A stretch of 64,000 bases of DNA, from assembly GCA_965224245.1 (NCBI GenBank), contig OZ245046.1:5600001-5664000 (forward strand), read 5' to 3'. Source of the DNA: Candidatus Eiseniibacteriota bacterium (lineage in GTDB: Bacteria > Eisenbacteria > RBG-16-71-46 > CAZAMP01). A program made the translations under genes and the position numbers. The first letter of the stretch is position 1; the number at the start of each line of letters is the position of its first letter. The notes under the pieces are model-generated. The model had not been told where the DNA came from and did not search any database. It saw only the letters and a list, made by a program, of their open reading frames with translations. Positions 60,946-64,000 of the stretch are shown here, piece after piece.

Positions 60946-61004
60946 GCGATCCCGCCGCCGCGATCTCTTGCGCCGGCTGTCGTTCGGTCGTGGATCTTCG
61001 GAGA

Positions 61005-61424
61005 TCAGTCGCCGGCGACGCGATCGAGCACGAGAAGGTGACTGGCGCCCCAGAGGTTCTCCTGCCGGAGCACGAGCGCATCGCCCTCGGCCGCGACCGC
61101 GAACGGTCCGTCGACGACGAGGCTCCGGTCGAACCCGCCGACGGTGGGGCCGGTGTCGACGAGCACCCAGGTGCCGTCGCGCTGCTCGAGACGGCCCGTG
61201 CCCGCGGGCGGGAAGTCGAACGACGCGCCCTCGAGCGAGTACCGCGTCCCGTCGGTCACCTCGATCCGGACCGGCCCCGACCGCTGGTGGGTCTCGCCGT
61301 CATCGCCGATCCACGTCCGGATGTAGGTGCCGGAGTACGTCTCACGGAGCCCCGCCGTGCATCCGGCGCAGGCAATTGCGGCACACGCGAGCACGAGTCG
61401 GAGCGACGATGAGCGAGAGAGCAT
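61005..61424 (-). CDS. Hypothetical small lipoprotein
   Basis: AGGAGG RBS; MLSRSSSLRLVLACAAIACAG-C lipobox; beta-rich body; 139 aa. Confidence 0.62.
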   Translation of the reverse strand: MLSRSSSLRLVLACAAIACAGCTAGLRETYSGTYIRTWIGDDGETHQRSGPVRIEVTDGTRYSLEGASFDFPPAGTGRLEQRDGTWVLVDTGPTVGGFDRSLVVDGPFAVAAEGDALVLRQENLWGASHLLVLDRVAGD

Positions 61425-61504
61425 GCTGTCCTCCTGGGCGTCGCGTCCCCGGTGGCGTCGGCGGCGCGCCCTGGCCGATGCGCGGCCGGTGCCCGGATGC
61501 GAGA

Positions 61505-62371
61505 TCAGTCCGAGAGCTCGACCGTGACGGGCTGCCCTACTGAAACGGAGTGTGCCGCCGCGAAGTTCCCCATGTTGATCGCGAACGAGAGCCGTTCCCG
61601 GCTGTTGAAGTAGGCCAGGGGCCGGCCTTCGGGGACGTCGCCGAACGTCGCCACGAGCGGCAGATCCAGCCGCGTGTCCCCTATCCACACGTGCAGGAGC
61701 GTCGGCAACGGACCCCGCGCCTCCAGCTCGGCCCGCGTCAGATCCGTCCAGACGTTCCCGAACGCCTTGTCGAGCAGCAGCACCGCCGTGTGCCACGCGC
61801 CGTCCCGGAGCTCCGAGGTCGGGATCTCGAACGTGACGAGGCGCTCGGCGGAAGGCCCCGCGTCGGCGGGCTCGTACTGGCCCGCGGCCAGGACCGCGCC
61901 CGAGGGCGAGAACAGATCCCGGCCGTGAAACGTCGTCGACGGCGCCTCGACCGCAAACGCGGGGTTCGTGATCTCCCACGCGCCGACGAGGGGCCACTCG
62001 GCCAGCACGTGGGTCAGGAGACCGTTGTCCGGTGCGACGAAGAGCTGGCCGTTGGCGGTCTCGGCGACGATCGCCCGCCGCTCGGTCCCCACACCGGGAT
62101 CGATCACGCCGACGAACACGGTGCCGGCCGGAAACGTTCGGGCCGCCTCCTCGAGGTAGAAGGCGCCTTCACGGATGTCGAACGCGGTCACGTCGTGCGT
62201 CAGATCGACGATGCGCAGGGCGGGCTCGCGCGCGAGCATGATGCCCTTGCAGAGGGCCACCGCGTCGTCGCGCACGCCGAAGTCGCTCATGAACACGACC
62301 AGCCCCGTCGGCTCGAACGCGAGGGCCGCTGCCGGGAACATCACCGCCGCCACCGCGATCAGGCGTTTCAC
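61505..62371 (-). CDS. SAM hydroxide adenosyltransferase (DUF62, SalL/FlA superfamily) with N-terminal signal peptide
   Basis: SDFG..D, VIDPGVGTERR, APDNGLL, STTFHGRDLF and FGNV motifs; N-terminus MKRLIAVAAVMFPAAALA. Confidence 0.9.
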   Translation of the reverse strand: MKRLIAVAAVMFPAAALAFEPTGLVVFMSDFGVRDDAVALCKGIMLAREPALRIVDLTHDVTAFDIREGAFYLEEAARTFPAGTVFVGVIDPGVGTERRAIVAETANGQLFVAPDNGLLTHVLAEWPLVGAWEITNPAFAVEAPSTTFHGRDLFSPSGAVLAAGQYEPADAGPSAERLVTFEIPTSELRDGAWHTAVLLLDKAFGNVWTDLTRAELEARGPLPTLLHVWIGDTRLDLPLVATFGDVPEGRPLAYFNSRERLSFAINMGNFAAAHSVSVGQPVTVELSD

Positions 62372-62431
62372 GTCGGGCCTCCTCGGTCGTGCGGGGCGGC
62401 CAGCGCCACCCCGCGCGGCGAGCCGGTGGCG

Positions 62432-63163
62432 TCACTCGGCCTGGATCGTGGCCGCGATCACGTGGTCGAGGTTCGGGTACTCCGCATCGAGGAACTCGTT
62501 ACCCCGTGCGCTGATGCGGTCCTGGGGGAGGCCGTCGCCGTAGCCGTCGTAGAGCTCGTCGACGACGGTGTCCATCCCCTCGACGACGCGCCCGAACGGC
62601 GCGAACCCCTGGCGATCCAGGAACGAGTTGTCCTTGAAGTTGATGAACACCTGGGTCGTGCGGCTGTGCGGCCCCGACGTGGCGAACGTGATGGTCCCTC
62701 GCTGGTTCGACTCCTTCGGGATGTCGTCGAGGATCTTGGCGGTCTGCCAGGCCTGCGTGATCGTCGGATCGCCGTTCATGCCGAACTGCACCACGAAGCC
62801 CTCGACCACGCGGAAGAACCGGCAGTCGTCGTAGAACCCGTGGCGAACGAGGTTGTAGAAGCGATCGGCGCCGCGCGGCGCCAGCGCGCGATCCACCTCG
62901 ACCACGAAGTCGCCCTTGGTCGTCTCGACCTTCACGCGATACGTGCTGGGGGCCTTCTCCTTGAAGGCCCCGGCCTTCGGATCCATCAGCAAGGACGTCT
63001 CTCCCGCGTGGCCGGCGTCGCTGGCCGGTGCATCTTCGGACATGGCGGCTTCGGCTCGGGCCTCGGCGCCGTCATCCGTCTTGGCTTTGTCGCCGGAGCT
63101 CGCGCAGCCCACGGCGACCGCGCTGGCGAGCGCGAGCACGGTCGTCAGCGACCAAATGCGCAT
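62432..63163 (-). CDS. Cyclophilin-type peptidyl-prolyl cis-trans isomerase, lipoprotein
   Basis: Lipobox AVG-C; AP.GADRFYNLV, FFRVVEGFVVQFG, RTTQVFIN and FAPFGRVVEGM motifs. Confidence 0.93.
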   Translation of the reverse strand: MRIWSLTTVLALASAVAVGCASSGDKAKTDDGAEARAEAAMSEDAPASDAGHAGETSLLMDPKAGAFKEKAPSTYRVKVETTKGDFVVEVDRALAPRGADRFYNLVRHGFYDDCRFFRVVEGFVVQFGMNGDPTITQAWQTAKILDDIPKESNQRGTITFATSGPHSRTTQVFINFKDNSFLDRQGFAPFGRVVEGMDTVVDELYDGYGDGLPQDRISARGNEFLDAEYPNLDHVIAATIQAE

Positions 63164-63621
63164 GTCGTGTCTCCTCCTCCGAAATCCGGGTGAATGGTCC
63201 CCGAGACGTGGCTTCGGGACTTACGAGGCCGGGCAGTATAAGCCGGTCACCCGGCCACGTCGCCCACTAAGTACCCGCGAGAGAGCGGCCCGGATCAGCC
63301 GGCGCGAGGCGCTCGCGGTCCGGGGGGCGCGGACCTAAAGGGCGTTGTCGGACGGGCCGATACGTGCAATGTGAGTCGAATCTCCGTCCTGCGAGACGAA
63401 ACCGCGAAACGCCCAAGCTCCCGCTCCGCCCGGCGCCGACTCCCGGCGATCCGCTCGGTGCCTCGATCGTCCGACCCCCGAGAGCGTCCGCGTCTCCTCG
63501 ACTCCGTCCGACGTGCGTTGGGGTGGTGCCGACCTCGATCGGCACAAGTCGCTGATAAGGCGACGTTTGCGACTCTGTCGAGCCGGGAGCCATCCCGGAA
63601 ACGAGAAGGGGCGATGACGGA

Positions 63622-64000
63622 ATGAAGAAGACCATTCTCCTCGGATGCGCTCTCCTGCCGCTGATGGCGGGCAGCGCGTTCGCACAGTCGACCGGCACGG
63701 TCAGCGTCAGCGGCGCGGTCTCCAAGTCGGCTGCGATTCGCTGGTGGAGCTACACGCCGATCGTGGGCGAGGTGGGCACCAACAACCCGGCCACGCAGAA
63801 CGGGCCCATGGACTTCAGCCTCGACGTGTCCGAGGCGGCCGCGGGTCTGAATCTCCAGAGCTACACCGGCGGTACCGTCCAGATGATCATCCGCTCCAAC
63901 GCGGCCTACACGCTGAACGCACAGGTCACCACGTCGAGTGGCTTCGGCACGATCGCGAACGGCGACATGGCGCTGAGCGACGTCGGCTTCGGCATCGGGT
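63622..64000 (+). CDS. Secreted beta-rich hypothetical protein, 5' part only (possibly a pilin-like subunit)
   Basis: Translated by hand and open to the window end: MKKTILLGCALLPLMAGSAFA-QSTGTVSVSGAVSKSAAIRW...QMIIRSNAAYTLNAQ...DVGFGIG. Confidence 0.7.
   Translation, partial: MKKTILLGCALLPLMAGSAFAQSTGTVSVSGAVSKSAAIRWWSYTPIVGEVGTNNPATQNGPMDFSLDVSEAAAGLNLQSYTGGTVQMIIRSNAAYTLNAQVTTSSGFGTIANGDMALSDVGFGIG

Noticed and set aside
61505-62371. Fluorinase or chlorinase
   Set aside because: The protein keeps the Asp-Arg-His signature of hydroxide adenosyltransferases and has no secondary-metabolite context.

Overview
A gene-dense, very GC-rich (roughly 70%) bacterial chromosomal window with about 46 credible protein-coding genes. 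I found no rRNA, tRNA, CRISPR array or intact transposase. Housekeeping and metabolic genes: a TldD/PmbA pair, an OmpR-type two-component system, a TetR-fadN-fadA beta-oxidation operon with a perfect 18-bp operator, fadE, a RimB-rimK-M14 cluster, DDAH, rarD, mnmG, a trans-sulfuration enzyme, gcvP, MscS and a cyclophilin. Metal handling: czcCBA-like RND efflux preceded by a Cys/His-rich small ORF, an ArsC fusion, and an MbnP/MbnH locus. Many secreted proteins carry one of three C-terminal tails: FlgD-Ig/T9SS-like, a TW-x-x-IK-x-LY tail, or IPTL-CTERM-like. This pattern suggests (inference) an FCB-group candidate phylum such as Ca. Eisenbacteria or Krumholzibacteriota. The most striking element is at 56.1-60.9 kb. 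An MbnH/MauG-type di-heme enzyme is co-transcribed with a lipoprotein made of two tandem MbnP-like domains carrying Met-rich motifs. A divergent lipoprotein fuses a third, degenerate MbnP-like domain to a right-handed beta-helix, and no TonB receptor is adjacent. Other oddities: an SQR-like flavoprotein lacking both catalytic cysteines, a Tat-signal TldD with a signal-less PmbA partner, an apparently exported DUF62 SAM hydrolase, a kinase-STAND-TPR protein, and a DUF222-like/HNH gene in a repeat-containing pocket. All family calls come from motif recognition by eye, not database searches.
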